The position numbers and the translations under genes were made by a program. The notes beneath the pieces were generated by a model. The model searched no databases, was not told the origin of the DNA, and saw only the letters and a list, made by a program, of their open reading frames with translations. Of a stretch of 64,000 nucleotides of DNA, positions 48,953-61,296 are shown in pieces. The DNA is from Botryllus schlosseri (lineage: Eukaryota): the NCBI GenBank assembly GCA_051294905.1, contig CM119371.1, forward strand, positions 22,136,001 to 22,200,000, read 5' to 3'. Positions within the stretch are counted from its first letter, which is position 1. Each line of letters starts with the position of its first letter.

Positions 48953-51069
48953 GTATTCATGGTGTTCGTCGACTACTATGGTCATTTATACCAGGCCGAT
49001 ACTCTTCTTATTTTGCGTAACTGCTGACTTATAGCACGGCCCACCTCCAGGCTTTTGTAAGACACCGCTGAGACGGATGAGGTGGCGAGGAGGAGCCTAG
49101 GTAAACCTCCAACACTTCGGTATCGAAATTCGGAGGTCGACCTCGGTCGGACTCGAACCCGCACCCATTGGTGTTGTAGCCGCGGATTATACCACTGCGC
49201 GATCTCGCCACCATTGCGTACCTAAAAACGGGTGAATTTTTTAGTAGGTCTGAAATTTTTATACGGTCATGCCGTATCTGAAAGTTGACTACGTGGTATA
49301 CATTGGCTCTTGTATTACTGTTGTTCTCGTAGTATGTGTGGATCGCGAGATGTTAATGAAACTCGGATTTGGGTTAGGATCTAACTAAAAAGCGTCATAT
49401 TATAGGCAACACTGTCGGTATGAAGCAACGGGTGTGTTACTATCACTATAAACTGAACTTTAATACTGCCAGCTGACAATTGCTGCTATTAAATCTTTAT
49501 TATCTATCCTTGCAAAGCTACTTCGTACGGACAAACAATTCCAACCAGAAATGTACAAAAGTACTACAAGTATAACGTTGTATGCAACAATGGTTAATTT
49601 AAATACTTGAGGGCGAAATTTTGTCAAAATTAGGTTTTGTAATCTCATTTTTTAGTGCAAAATCTCCGTTGTTAGGTAAAAAAATAATCGCCGAAGTGAT
49701 AAGTAAATATGGTGTCTCAGGTACGCTGTGATATTAAAGCGCGACAAATGGAAAGACATGGGAATAATTTAATGGGCTTCATGACGTTTTAGCTGTTCGC
49801 TTCATACAGCACATCAATTGAAATACTCAATTCAATTCAATTTATGACTAATGATTTCATTATTTCAAGAAAGCCATACAATGAAAGAGGAAATTGTCAA
49901 AACGACTTGGAGTAGTCATCGATATCAGAGACCCACCAGGCCTAGGCGATATCTGAAAGGAGGCATGCACACTGAATGAAACGTAAAGGAAGATAATATA
50001 AAAGGAAAGGTGATAAAAAAGGTGTCATGTGTCATAAGGCGATATCGATATGTCAGATCGTGAATGATCTAAGCAGGCCGTTTGCTTTATAACAGTAACA
50101 GTACTATATACAATTGCAAATTGTATGCTTCCGCATATACTTCTCTCGACATTATTCGACAATCGACAATCAATGGCATACAGATATTGAATGACAAGGC
50201 AACATTGACCAATACTACAACGTCTTACAAACGCCATGGTGACTTTCTAAATGTCCACGACATTACCGCAGCTAAACGCTTTCAGCGCAAGTACTGTTTA
50301 GTCTCAGTAACTTAGGTTTGATTGAGTACAAATGTCCGGCGACGCCATCTGCGTAGCGATAAATTGCTTATAGCGCAAATTTACGTTGATATACCGTGTC
50401 GTCATGCGCATCACTATTTTCATTGCCCGCATTTCGCGAAACTCGGAATAATAAATGAGCTCCATGTGAATAACGAAAATGCTCGCTGCTCATGTGTAGA
50501 TGCAGTATTGATTTTACGTCTCCGGCGCGCGTTATTCAGACGACTCTCTACCAAAGCGTGCAGTGGGTCTAGCGTTAAGGTTTACCGAACAATCTGTGGT
50601 TTTAGATTTAGTACAGTCTATCATTTGCAATGTATAATGGTGCTTTGCATTAATAAGCAGACAAGTGGTGTCTTAGCCAGCGATATAACTGAGCGCTACC
50701 ACGTTCATGCTATTATAGATAATATATTTCCGTACTAAGCCTATATAATACACCTCCGATTTGGATTCCCAAGTTAACAGCTTCCTACAGGTGATGCACG
50801 TACGGGATGATCCGATTTTTCTAGATTTAATCGCTATGGAGACTTTTCTACAGGTGGCTTTGCTCAATGACTCAACGTTTGATTTCTCAGACCGCAGCCG
50901 GATTTTGTGTATACTGAGTCATTTAAATCATATCAGAGTTGGATTAATCCTGTTGAAGTAATCCCCAAGCGACGATGCTACTACGGCCTTACGCTTACTG
51001 TAAACAACTTGTAAACGCCGAAACCAGCGCTACTGCTTGTTCAGAATTCGCTTGACTGTCAGGAAACAT

Positions 51070-51455
51070 ACATCAGTTTTCATAGGTTTCAGGCGTTATC
51101 GCAAATTCACGCATTTTCTTGGTGTAGGTAATTTGGAACATAACTGTGCTGAAAGGTAAGAGCTGGACAACTGCACTCATATCAAAAGCAGCCAAGCATC
51201 TTATCTTAACTTTTCGTAATAGTTAGTTCACTTGCTATATCTTTCGTTAGATATCTGAAGCTGAGAGAGATCAGTTTTCGTAGCTTTGCACATTTTCTTG
51301 ATGTAGCTAATTTGAAGCACTATCATGGCTGAATTTAAGTGCTAGAAAACTACATTCTTATCTAAATCAGTGAAGCATCCTGTTTTAGCTATTTGTAATA
51401 GTGAGTTCACAAGTTCTTTCTTCCGTCATATATCTGAATCTGAGATAGTTCAGTT
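51070..51455. repeat. Diverged tandem duplication, unit about 180-200 bp
   Basis: ATCAGTTTTC...CATTTTCTTG.TGTAG.TAATTTG...GTAATAGT.AGTTCAC...ATATCTGAA.CTGAGA occurs twice. Confidence 0.7.
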
Positions 51456-51604
51456 CCTTTGCAACATAACATAAAGCAAGGTAATGTACAATGGATCGGA
51501 TGAAGTATTGCAGTCCAGTCCAAGCATACAGTAATCGATGCCATCGAAGTGAAAGCAAGAGTGATGCGAAAATATTCCACGCTCGTGGTAATAACGAATT
51601 ATAA

Positions 51605-51738
51605 GCGACGGGAAACCTCAGTGGTTGCACCACTGGCCTCGCATATCAAGACATCTTGGGTTCTATTCCTACTAGTTAGCTAGCTACACCCCCCACCAAA
51701 CCCATCCGCTGGTGACCATAGCCAATCATTCATTCATT
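51605..51738 (+). mobile_element. Short degenerate tRNA-SINE-like element
   Basis: CCTCAGTGG (A-box-like), GGTTCTATTCC (B-box-like) and a (CATT)3 tail. Confidence 0.45.
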
Positions 51739-51819
51739 GGTTTATTAATATTTTGATCAGTTGGAAGCAGTGAAAGGATAGTATGGAGTCAAAACGGCTT
51801 GTAGTCCTTCAGTCAGACA

Positions 51820-52400
51820 CAGGGTAGTAACCAAGGCACAAGGCTCCGAGTCACAAGTCAATCTCACTTTTATATTTTTGACTCGAGTCAAGTCGAGTCA
51901 TTTTCAATTCCCACCGAGTCAAGTCCGAGTCCAAGTCAGCGAACAGAGGATCGAGTCCGAGTCATGGTATTATGACTCGAGTACGAGTCCAAGTCATTGT
52001 GTTGACTGCTCAGTTTCCAGTTAAAGTCTTCCTAAACCCACTTTTTTTTAACTCTGTTTGGTGATATTGAATGGTTCGCATTTATAATATATCAATTTTC
52101 CTCACTTTTAGCAGTTTCTGGTCGCATTTTCAAGCACCAGTACCAACAAACGAAATCCCAATAATGTGTTGGCTTCGAAATTACAATGAAATGTCGGTCT
52201 TCGCCGTCTGAATCTCGAGTCAATGACTTGCTTCGAGTCATGCGCAATGACTCGAGTCCAAGTCGAGTCAATACACAGATTGACTCGAGTCGAGTCGAGT
52301 CATTTCCGTATTTTGAGAAAATGACTCGAGTCGAGTCATCCGAAAATCGTGACTCGAGTCTGACTCGAGTCGAGTCATGACTCGAGTCATTACAACCCTG
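51820..52400. mobile_element. hAT-like family B MITE
   Basis: TIR CAGGGT(A/T)GTAA. Perfect TSD GTCAGACA. Dense GACTCGAGTC palindromes. Confidence 0.93.
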
Positions 52401-52519
52401 GTCAGACACCTACCTTGGTCTCGCTCAAACATGCAGATAAGAGGCATGCTCACTGCCCAGTTCGAAAGTAACAAAAGATAACATGAAACGGAGATGCAAT
52501 GAAAATGGAGTGGCATGTG

Positions 52520-52962
52520 TAGGGCTGCAGTTTAAACAAAAATCATTTTAAAAGAAAAATTTGTAAAACTAGGACATTATTTAAAACATGTATTTTATCG
52601 TTTTTTTTAAGTTCTGACGTCAGGAATATTCTATTGTGATCTCATAGTGGATTCACATTGACCATAGGAAATATAGGGTAAATATATAGCTCCTTTGATG
52701 AAATATCTTCGTATGCTATAGCTGTTGAACCGACTATTTTGAGGTTTCCAACCATCCAATATCGTATACATTGGCTATATCGGGTGATAATCGTCCGTAG
52801 GCTCATACATGTTCTTCGGAAAGTATTTCCCTAATTATGGCATAATTATACAACTTCTAAAAAAACACAGCTTGGTTTTTTAAAGCCTTTGTTTAAAACA
52901 CTGTTCAAAACATATTTAAAACAAAGTGTTTTAAACAACAATTTGTTTTAAACGTAACCCTA
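52520..52962. mobile_element. hAT Ac-like MITE with TTTAAA(C) repeats
   Basis: Termini TAGGGCTGCAGTTTAAAC / TAGGGTTACGTTTAAAAC. TSD GGCATGTG / GACATGTG (7/8). Confidence 0.8.
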
Positions 52963-54053
52963 GACATGTGCCAGTACAGACGAAGTCGATATATCGGATC
53001 GTGGCGACGGAAAGGGCATCCGATGTAATAATGTCAGTCAAATTATTGTGCAAACCACTGACCACTAATCCGCCGTGATAACCCCGCATTCTCTAGCATG
53101 AAAAGACTCTGTTATAGTAGCGAAAGATATGATTTTACGGGTGATGGTGAGAGCAGCTTTACAAAATGATTTTTTGTAGAAGCTGCCCGATATTCATTAG
53201 TAACAATAGGTATCGACAACTTTCGAAACCATATGACACATACCCATTATCCATCCATCATTGAGGCGGGGTTGATCGTCATTGCTATCGCGTGGTCAAA
53301 AATAAATTTGGATTCAGGGTCGCACAGATTATATTGCTCAGTGATATGCCGATGGACAAGGAAGACGATATTATATCCCAAAATTGCTGTACTCTTCAGC
53401 AAATTTAAGTAAACGAAATTATAATGATGCTTCAAAACCTGAGGTACAGGACGAAATCGTGTATTTCCCCGATCTCCACCATATATGTATTGTAGGAGGT
53501 TTACGGGTATGTTACCCAATAAGGTAAAAATGGTGGTATGCGAGTACACGGAGAGTAGTAGACAGAACCTACTGCACCCCTGGGATGCATTTACATAAGA
53601 ATCGGTATATTTGCATCGTTTTCGCCCACGGGAATGCGTATGAAAGAAAAATGTGGTAACACAAAGTGTCGGTTATTTGGTTTGCACCTTGGTATGGTGG
53701 GAATCTGGTAAATGCACATATCTCCCAACCTTGTATTTACACACTTACACAGTGCAACAATCCTAAGACCATTGTACCTTGAGTATAAGTAGTGCCAGTA
53801 GAAATGCCTACGTGATTACTTGGGACCAAAAGTGCTTCGCTACCGAGACTTTGGGAACTTATGCCGTAGCGTGCCATTTAGTAAATGAATATCCAGCCTG
53901 TTATGTTGGTAGTCTTGAAAGGTTGTCGTTCCCTTGCACTGTACTGTATATTTGCTGACTCGTAGACCTTCCTGGTTGATTAATGACGCTGCAATGGACT
54001 CGATTGTATGTGCGGTTAAATTAGCCAGACCAGCTTGGATTACCGCTGATTGC

Positions 54054-55002
54054 TTTGGACGGCGCGAACCCCTAAAAGGCTCAAGTTCGTGTGAACGCGA
54101 ACCTTTCAAAGGTTCTATGTGAACGCGAACGTGAACAAGAACCTATGACGTCATGTGATGTCATATTGATAATTTCAACCCTACATTCCAGTACAGTGCA
54201 CGATACCTAGTGTCGACCCAGACTATACATTATGCTGAAGTAATTGCTGACTTGTAAACACCACCAAATGTATCAACTGGAATAATCAGATGCTATAATA
54301 ACTCCACAAAATTAATATCTTCGACAAGGACTTGCAAGGGAATATAAGATTACGTGTTACAGGCTAAGGCTAGACCGGGCAATGTATTTGCTGTCTGACT
54401 ATTCCTACAGTCCAACCAGAGCGTAAAACGGGTTTCTATACTTGCTACCGATATTACCTCATAAACAAGTTATACAGTAGCCAACACCCAACCACAGGGA
54501 TTTGGCTTTTGCGATACAATAAATATATCAACTCAAGATCTAGATTTTTTACTTTAGACCACAATGTATCCTTCATGTCAATTTGATTGATCGGTTGAAT
54601 AAGCATAATGCGCTGACTGCATGTAATGTATTTCGTTTTTGATGTTTGGTGATTACGGGCCGAGCTCACGGCAGAGAGTCAACAAATAATCACAAACGGA
54701 AAGCTGAATATTTCGAGCAAACTTCTGTAACAAAGCAAATATTATTATTTTTAATTTGCAGAGTGGATGCTCGGTTAGCGTTTACTTCTTTTTTATGGTG
54801 CCAGCGCCATGCAGAGATTGATCCGAAGTTGAAATGCAAGGAATTTCAACCAAAGATGTTATAATGACGTGACAAATTGAAATATATGAAGAAATGGTGC
54901 AAAGTGCAGAACCTATCAAGGTTCGTTTGTGAACGCGAACCTCTAAATTTCCGAGGTTCACGCACAGAACGCGACCGGCAACCTCACATTATCACCATCC
55001 GA
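54054..55002. mobile_element. Older LINE-free copy of the GTGAAC hAT family
   Basis: Colinear with 47185-47835 plus 48662-48952. Termini eroded and no TSD. A further fragment lies at 56120-56265. Confidence 0.82.
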
Positions 55003-55469
55003 GATGTACACTGTACAGCGACAATAGAGGTCCATTGTCGAAATTTATGAAGGCTAATAAGTGATGCGTGACCGGTATACTGTGCCTCCGAGTTAACTCA
55101 GATTCTGCGAACAATTTCCTACGATATGAATTTAATTGATTTGTGATTCAGACCAACACAGCGTCAGCGTCAACCAGTGTCATAATGTTAGGGGTGACAC
55201 AGACCTTTCTGGTACCTTATACCGTAGATCAGAGGTAGTCAGTAATTAAATGCTTCTACTTGTTAAGAACACTCAAGTAGCTGTTGCTTACTTGTAGTAC
55301 TTCCTTAAGGGTTATGAATAAGACTACTACCACTTCTATTTAACAGTTCTCAGTTTTCTAGATAAAACTAGACATGGAATACTTACTCATTGTGTTGCTT
55401 TCTTTGAAGTCCCCATAGGGATTCCACTTCTACTTCTACTTGTAATTGAGTTGAAATTAACGAAGGTAG

Positions 55470-55819
55470 TACGAAGTTACGTAATGGTGGAGCTTCCAGC
55501 TTCTTGAACGGTAGCTCTTGGGTTCGTCCCCCGACCGAATCAGACTAAAAAGCTGATTAGTAAGATTGGTATCCATGTCTTTCCCGCTTGGCGCTTAGCA
55601 TTACCGGGATAGCATGGAGGGGTGGTGCAATACTTACAAAGCCTTACACGGCTATTTCTGCACCTTCGCAGTCCAGCGGCATATGTACAGGTACACTCAT
55701 GGTATGCATACAGGCAGATCGTGTATAGGTCATATCTTGAGTCGGTGTATATACCGCAAAACATAAAGGACAAAAATAGCAGCGTCCTTTTCTGTCCCGT
55801 CCTGTCCTGTCCTGTCCTC
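55470..55819 (+). mobile_element. tRNA-derived SINE with a conserved-core-like segment
   Basis: A-box-like TACGTAATGG, B box GGTTCGTCCC, core ATTGGTATCCATGTCTTTCCCGCTTGGCGCTTAGCATTA (resembles the Meta-SINE core as I recall it) and a (CCTGT)n tail. Confidence 0.8.
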
Positions 55820-58236
55820 AATTCTGCTTAAGTACCAACGGAATTACTTTGACCCCTCCCGCCCCAGATCAATGAATGTTTGGCCAGTTTCTGGAATGAA
55901 TTGCAGGACATTCCTTGCATCGTTACGTATCTGACCTGGGATTAAATCTAATTCTCTTTAATCCGTCTGTTATTGTAAATCATTGCAGTACAGACTTGGC
56001 GTGGCACATGTTCAGAGGTATACGTCGACTATATTGGGTGCAAATCGTCCGTAGGCTCACTCGCTCACACTAAATGTTTTTCGGGGGTATCTAACAACAC
56101 TTCGTTTAAAACATCTTTGCAAGGTCCATGCTCGTTTAGCGTTGAATTCCTTTTATGCTGCCAGCGCCATGCAGAGGGTGTTCCGAAGTTCAAATTAAAA
56201 GAATTTTAACCAAAGATGTGATAATGACGTGAAAAATTGAAATATATGGGGAAAAGGTCCCAGTGCACGACATGTGTTAAAAAAGTGTTTTAAACAAACT
56301 CCTTTTTAAATTGTGTTTTCTCAGTTTTTAAAACGCCGCTTGCAAGTTGCAACTCAAGATAAGTGTCATATCCGAAACAAAACTCATGTTGAACAATCCG
56401 ATCAAACGTTCAGCTTCACAAGAACTTTATTGAGGAGATTGGTACGTTGTGACAACTCATTTGCTGATGCTGGAGGCTTAGGAATAAGACTGACCTAGTC
56501 TCAGCTCCGACCAAATAATTTGTAAACCGATTCAATGTCCTCAATCGCAATACTTGTTAACGTGACTGCGTTCAAAATCCTTCGGGGTGCAGTATGTAAT
56601 GAGCAGTGCAGTTTTTGGCGATAGAAACACCTGCTACCTGGTAATTAATCGAGTCCGTGCAGCATTTGTTCGCCTCGCAATCTTCTCAGCGTGATACATT
56701 TCGCGCCTGAACAGGATGTATTTGCTGTCGACTGTGAATGCTGTTTCTTGTTTGATCTATTCCGCTCCACTTAACAGGGCAGTCCTTTGAATATCAGCGG
56801 CAACAGAGATGCAGAGTTTGAGATGTAAATAGTGGAGACGATCTCATTACGGTGATAAAATTAGATGTAATTGATTCTCGATCACTTGCTTTGATTGCAG
56901 CGTGAGAGTTCCAGTGTAAGGGTCGATTGGATTGGAGACTAGACCAACGCAACGTGTTGGTATGGCTGCATGGGCAAGTGAGGTTTACTCAAAATGTTCC
57001 CAACTTTATCGACTATTATCCCAGAGCATTGAAAAGATAGAATTATGGCTTTACTGTAAGCAACTGGAATCGTTCTAATCTGTCATGTTATAGGTTGAGG
57101 GTGCGAGACTACGGATATTATAATTTAAGCACTACGACATTCGGAAAACCTGAAAAATAATATTGTCATTCGTGAATATACACTACGCTCCGTTGTCTTG
57201 TGCCTTTAGGGATAAAAACAAAAGGATGTGCATATATCTGCACATTACAGGCATATATGTTTCGGTATCGCAGAAAATGAGGCAGACGTGCATGAAATAG
57301 ACATTCGATAACAATATATATTCCATGATATCGGTATTTTAGCCTCGATTGTTGTGGTTGCTCGAGTTGGCTTGGTCATTGTGGGCGTAAGCGGGCAATC
57401 GAGTATACTCAAATCCTCGTCGAGTTCTAGTAAGTTAAAACGATTCTTGTTTTGGAGGGTAGTCTAATTTAAATTATAACGAAGGCAAAAAGTGTGAATG
57501 GCGTAGAACTTTTGAATACAGAAAGAGGTAATCACGGCTCACAGAATCTGAACTCGTAGAACGCACGCGGCCAACCGTAGGTCGTATTTTGCGGTCCGCG
57601 GTTGGTTTGAGATTTTGGACAAGACACGTGATAACCCAACGAAACTATTGATTTCAGAAATAAATACATTGATTGTTAGCATGGTCAGAGGGAGGATTAC
57701 AATATACTCCTCGGGGACAAAACGTGAACAAAAGTCGTGTTACAGGAAGTGTTTGATTAGGCAATGTAACTTATTGGCTAACGTCAACGAAGTTCAGAAA
57801 TCAATGTAAACGCACATCCATGACGCCGGCATCAGGCAGACGAACATGATCAATTGATCTGAGAATAACTCACAGCACTTTTAATGCAATATCAACTTTT
57901 TATCGCTGCTAAGAATCGCCATAATGTATAACGAAAATCAAGTGCTCATGATATCTTATTTCTAGACCGTTATTCTTCAACATATAGTAACTAATACTTA
58001 TATTGTTTGAGTTGGAGAGGAAAACCGTGTGTTGAACGACGCAGTATCGTGCAGAACCTTTGCGAAATGGTATAACATGTTTATATTCGATATTGCAATA
58101 TTGTGGCCCGCGACGCTTACCACGTTGAAAAAGTAACCCTTTTCGCATTTTAGTCGGTGACCCTTGATATTTAGTGTTGCTCTTCTAGACAGCGTGTGAA
58201 CTGTGCAATTGTCTGCATGCGTTCGCGTGTATCTAT

Positions 58237-58662
58237 CAGAGATGAGCATGGAATAGGATTAGGTTTTGAAAAAACAGGATTTGTGAAATTTTCTCGGATT
58301 TGGATTGGATTTGGATTAGACATTTTTTCCGAACGGATTAGGATTTGGATTGGATTTACCTATTTTCTGGCAGATTGAAATGTCGTGTGGCGAATGGCGA
58401 CAAAATTTATTCAGATCAGTTATTAATGTACTTATGGTTACTAAGTTATCTTGAATCAAGTGAATCGTTGGTTGTGAAAGAAAATTTTCGAATCCCTCCA
58501 TTGCATAAATTAGTATTTTTTCTGAATTTCCAGTTGGAATCGGATTAGGATTGGACATGGACTTGATTATGAAAAAGTTATGGATTAGGATTTGGATTTG
58601 GGTTTAAAGGTTCGGATTTGAATTGGATTAGGACATAGAAATTTCAAATCCGCTCATCTCTG
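58237..58662. mobile_element. hAT Ac-like MITE with GGATT repeats
   Basis: 11-bp TIR CAGAGATGAGC. Perfect TSD GTATCTAT. Confidence 0.93.
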
Positions 58663-61132
58663 GTATCTATAAGCCATGTTTTTCAACATTATGCTGGATC
58701 TCTGTGGTATTTATATTGATCTGGGATTGGGACAGCTATAACCAGGGGCTCATATCTGAAAGCATATGCCCTGTCGATGCCATCCGTCGGAGTGACACAT
58801 GCACTATCGCACTCGCAATAATGGATTTAAGAAAGACCATGTGGCTACTGACAACATTTAGTTTTACTTTGGGGCAGAATTTTTGCGGTTTATGTAACGA
58901 CGGTGCGTCTCAGAGAAATCGTAATATCCTTCCTAATATACAGATTTGATTGATGGTTCCCCGAGGTTTTATCGCCTTTCGGTCCCTTGGGTAATCAACG
59001 CTATTATGCGGCCGAATTCCGTTACGTTCGACAAGAATGTTTAATTAGATTGAGTGATCCTTGTTGGGTATAATTAGTCACGTTGGGATTAAGAGTTTTG
59101 TCGCCGTGGCGCATTCCATCATTTACGTTGCATCTCCAAAACCTTGTGCGTATTATAGTTAGTAACCGGGTGGTGGCTAGTGGAATGTACCAGTATCAGA
59201 TTTTCAAATGCAGAGTGCCTTGACATGCAGGCAGAGGTAGTAGGGGCGGAAGACACATTCATAATTCAGGCTTTTAGCAGACTAAAATCAGTAGTATCGG
59301 TTCGTTACCAGAGCACACTTTCAGTTGAAACACAAGATTTTGTCTTCAGTTAGGAAATATTAATCATAGCTATATTGTTTTCTGTATTTGGAATCTTACA
59401 ACGAGTGTTGAAATTCTAAATGCTTGAAATTAAAAACATGGCGTCAACAGGGCTTTCTAAAGTTTTGTACCCGAGACGCCTATTGTTCACATAACTTTTC
59501 CCGCCACAACTCGGAATAAAAATACTCTAGTTCAGTGCTTTTCAACCTGTGTGACGGTTCGCACTTGTGCGAACGAAAAAAATTGCAGTGCGAATGACGA
59601 AGGTGGTGCGAATGGTGCGAATGAAAATCCGGGTTGAGTGCGAATGAAAATCGTGAATAATTGTTTATTTTTCTGAAGTGGAATAATTCAAATAAACCTA
59701 ATAGGCAATTCAAGGGCAGTGTAACTTTTGTGGTTGCGACGCAATTGTAACTTGTTTAACTTACGACGCACCACTAATCGTAGCTCTCACAAGCCGTGAG
59801 TGAATTAATACTTTCGCCCTATAATTATTGCGTAACCAAAAGCCTGGTTTGGAAGCTGCAGCTACACTCACCATGGTGTAGTGGCTGACATACAATATAT
59901 CAGCCCGTCTGAGCCTGTGACAGGCGGGTAAAATGATGTCCAGTTGACTTTCTGCTTTCTTTCGCTAATTTATCATCATATTTTCGTAATAACTATTCGA
60001 TTAGCGCGAGGCACGAGGATAGTAGTAAATACCATCATTAGAGACTCACATTTGCAAGTTACTGTGATGTAAATTTTTATTACTTCAAGGATTATCAAAG
60101 TATGGACCGCAAAGGGTATAAGTTTGGGTCGACACGGTGCCAGAGCTATTCATGATAAGATTTATCCCAATGGCTTTTTTCTGGAAAACATGGACGAATA
60201 CCGTTGGAATGTAGGGGTGTGCAACGAGCGATTTCAGGCCTATGAGACTAATTCATTTCGAGGGCAAACCCTTCTGCGTCGGGGCACATGGAGACGTAAA
60301 GTTCTGGCTATCATACTGCTGATATAATGCTGTGCCAAAAGCATAAGCGGCGAAAAAACCTTGGTCAAAAAAATAACCGATGCTAGATGGCCAAACCTTT
60401 CGACATGGATGTGCTCCGTTGTCGGTACGGAATAGTCCCGTTCTTGTAATTTGATTAGACGGTAGTACAAATGCGACACGCAGAGGAATTTATTCATCCT
60501 AATTTGAAATCGCGTGCGTCAGACATATTTTGAGAGCTGTGTTGAGTAGAATTGTGGTGTGCGAGATCTGTAGGTCATACATGTCCGTAAAATCGTAGCA
60601 AACTACTGTAATATTAAAAAATGAATTCCTTTTCATGGATGAGGCTCGGGTCGCGAGATGCCACAAAATCTCAGATTTTAGTGGCAGTGTAAAATGCTGC
60701 TTTAAGGTTATTAAATTCTTATGAATTCACAAGTTAGATTGAGCCAACCAGCCAAACTGACAGTATCGTAAGTTTATTTGTTCTTCTCATATACTAGCGA
60801 GACAGAAAATGAGAAATCGAAAAAAAAAACATGGCACAAGTTGGAGCAACGTATCATAAGGTAGTGAGCTCTAAGTACCTAGTCTACTTGATCGTTTTGG
60901 ACCTTATTTTCCGAAACATAAGGCAAATGTCTCACCCTCTCGACAAACTGGAGTCTCCGGGATCTTTGTCACAGCTCTCAAAAACTATTTCTGCAAGCAA
61001 GCATTTTAAACTCGCGACATATAGGGTGTATTTTGGATAGGAGTGCCGAACAGTTTTTAAGACCTGGCCACTCAAGCACTAGTAGACGTTCTTGTGCAAA
61101 ACCGAACAACTTGTTTGGCCGAAAAGGGTTTT

Positions 61133-61284
61133 AAGAGCTTCTTGGAGGTACAGAACTTCAATATACAATTGAATAGTATATTCATACTGAAATGAACCTG
61201 ATTATTTTCGGCTGACACTCGTCAGGGACTGACGATTACCCCTGACGAGTGTCAGCCGAAAATATTCGGATTCATTTCAATAAG
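61133..61284. mobile_element. Penelope-like pseudo-LTR palindrome, copy 2
   Basis: Near-identical to 45575-45828 but lacks the spacer and has a shorter second arm. Flanking duplication AAGGGTTTT(A). Confidence 0.65.
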
Positions 61285-61296
61285 AAGGGTTTTAGT

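Larger units (their letters stand above)
47163..49211 (-). mobile_element. tRNA-derived SINE (about 270 bp net) split by a hAT element
   Basis: Head GTGGCGAGATCGCGCAGTGG (A box) and GGTTCGAGTCC (B box). (AAAC)n tail at 47163-47173. 12-bp TSD CATTGCGTACCT (47151-47162, 49212-49223). Confidence 0.9.

Noticed and set aside
49130..49211. tRNA gene
   Set aside because: A and B boxes are present but there is no proper cloverleaf. It continues into a body, tail and TSD, so it is a SINE head.
50650..54050. Decayed NACHT/LRR-like gene on the minus strand
   Set aside because: Only vague leucine periodicity and a tandem duplication. No Walker A or other diagnostic motif could be read.
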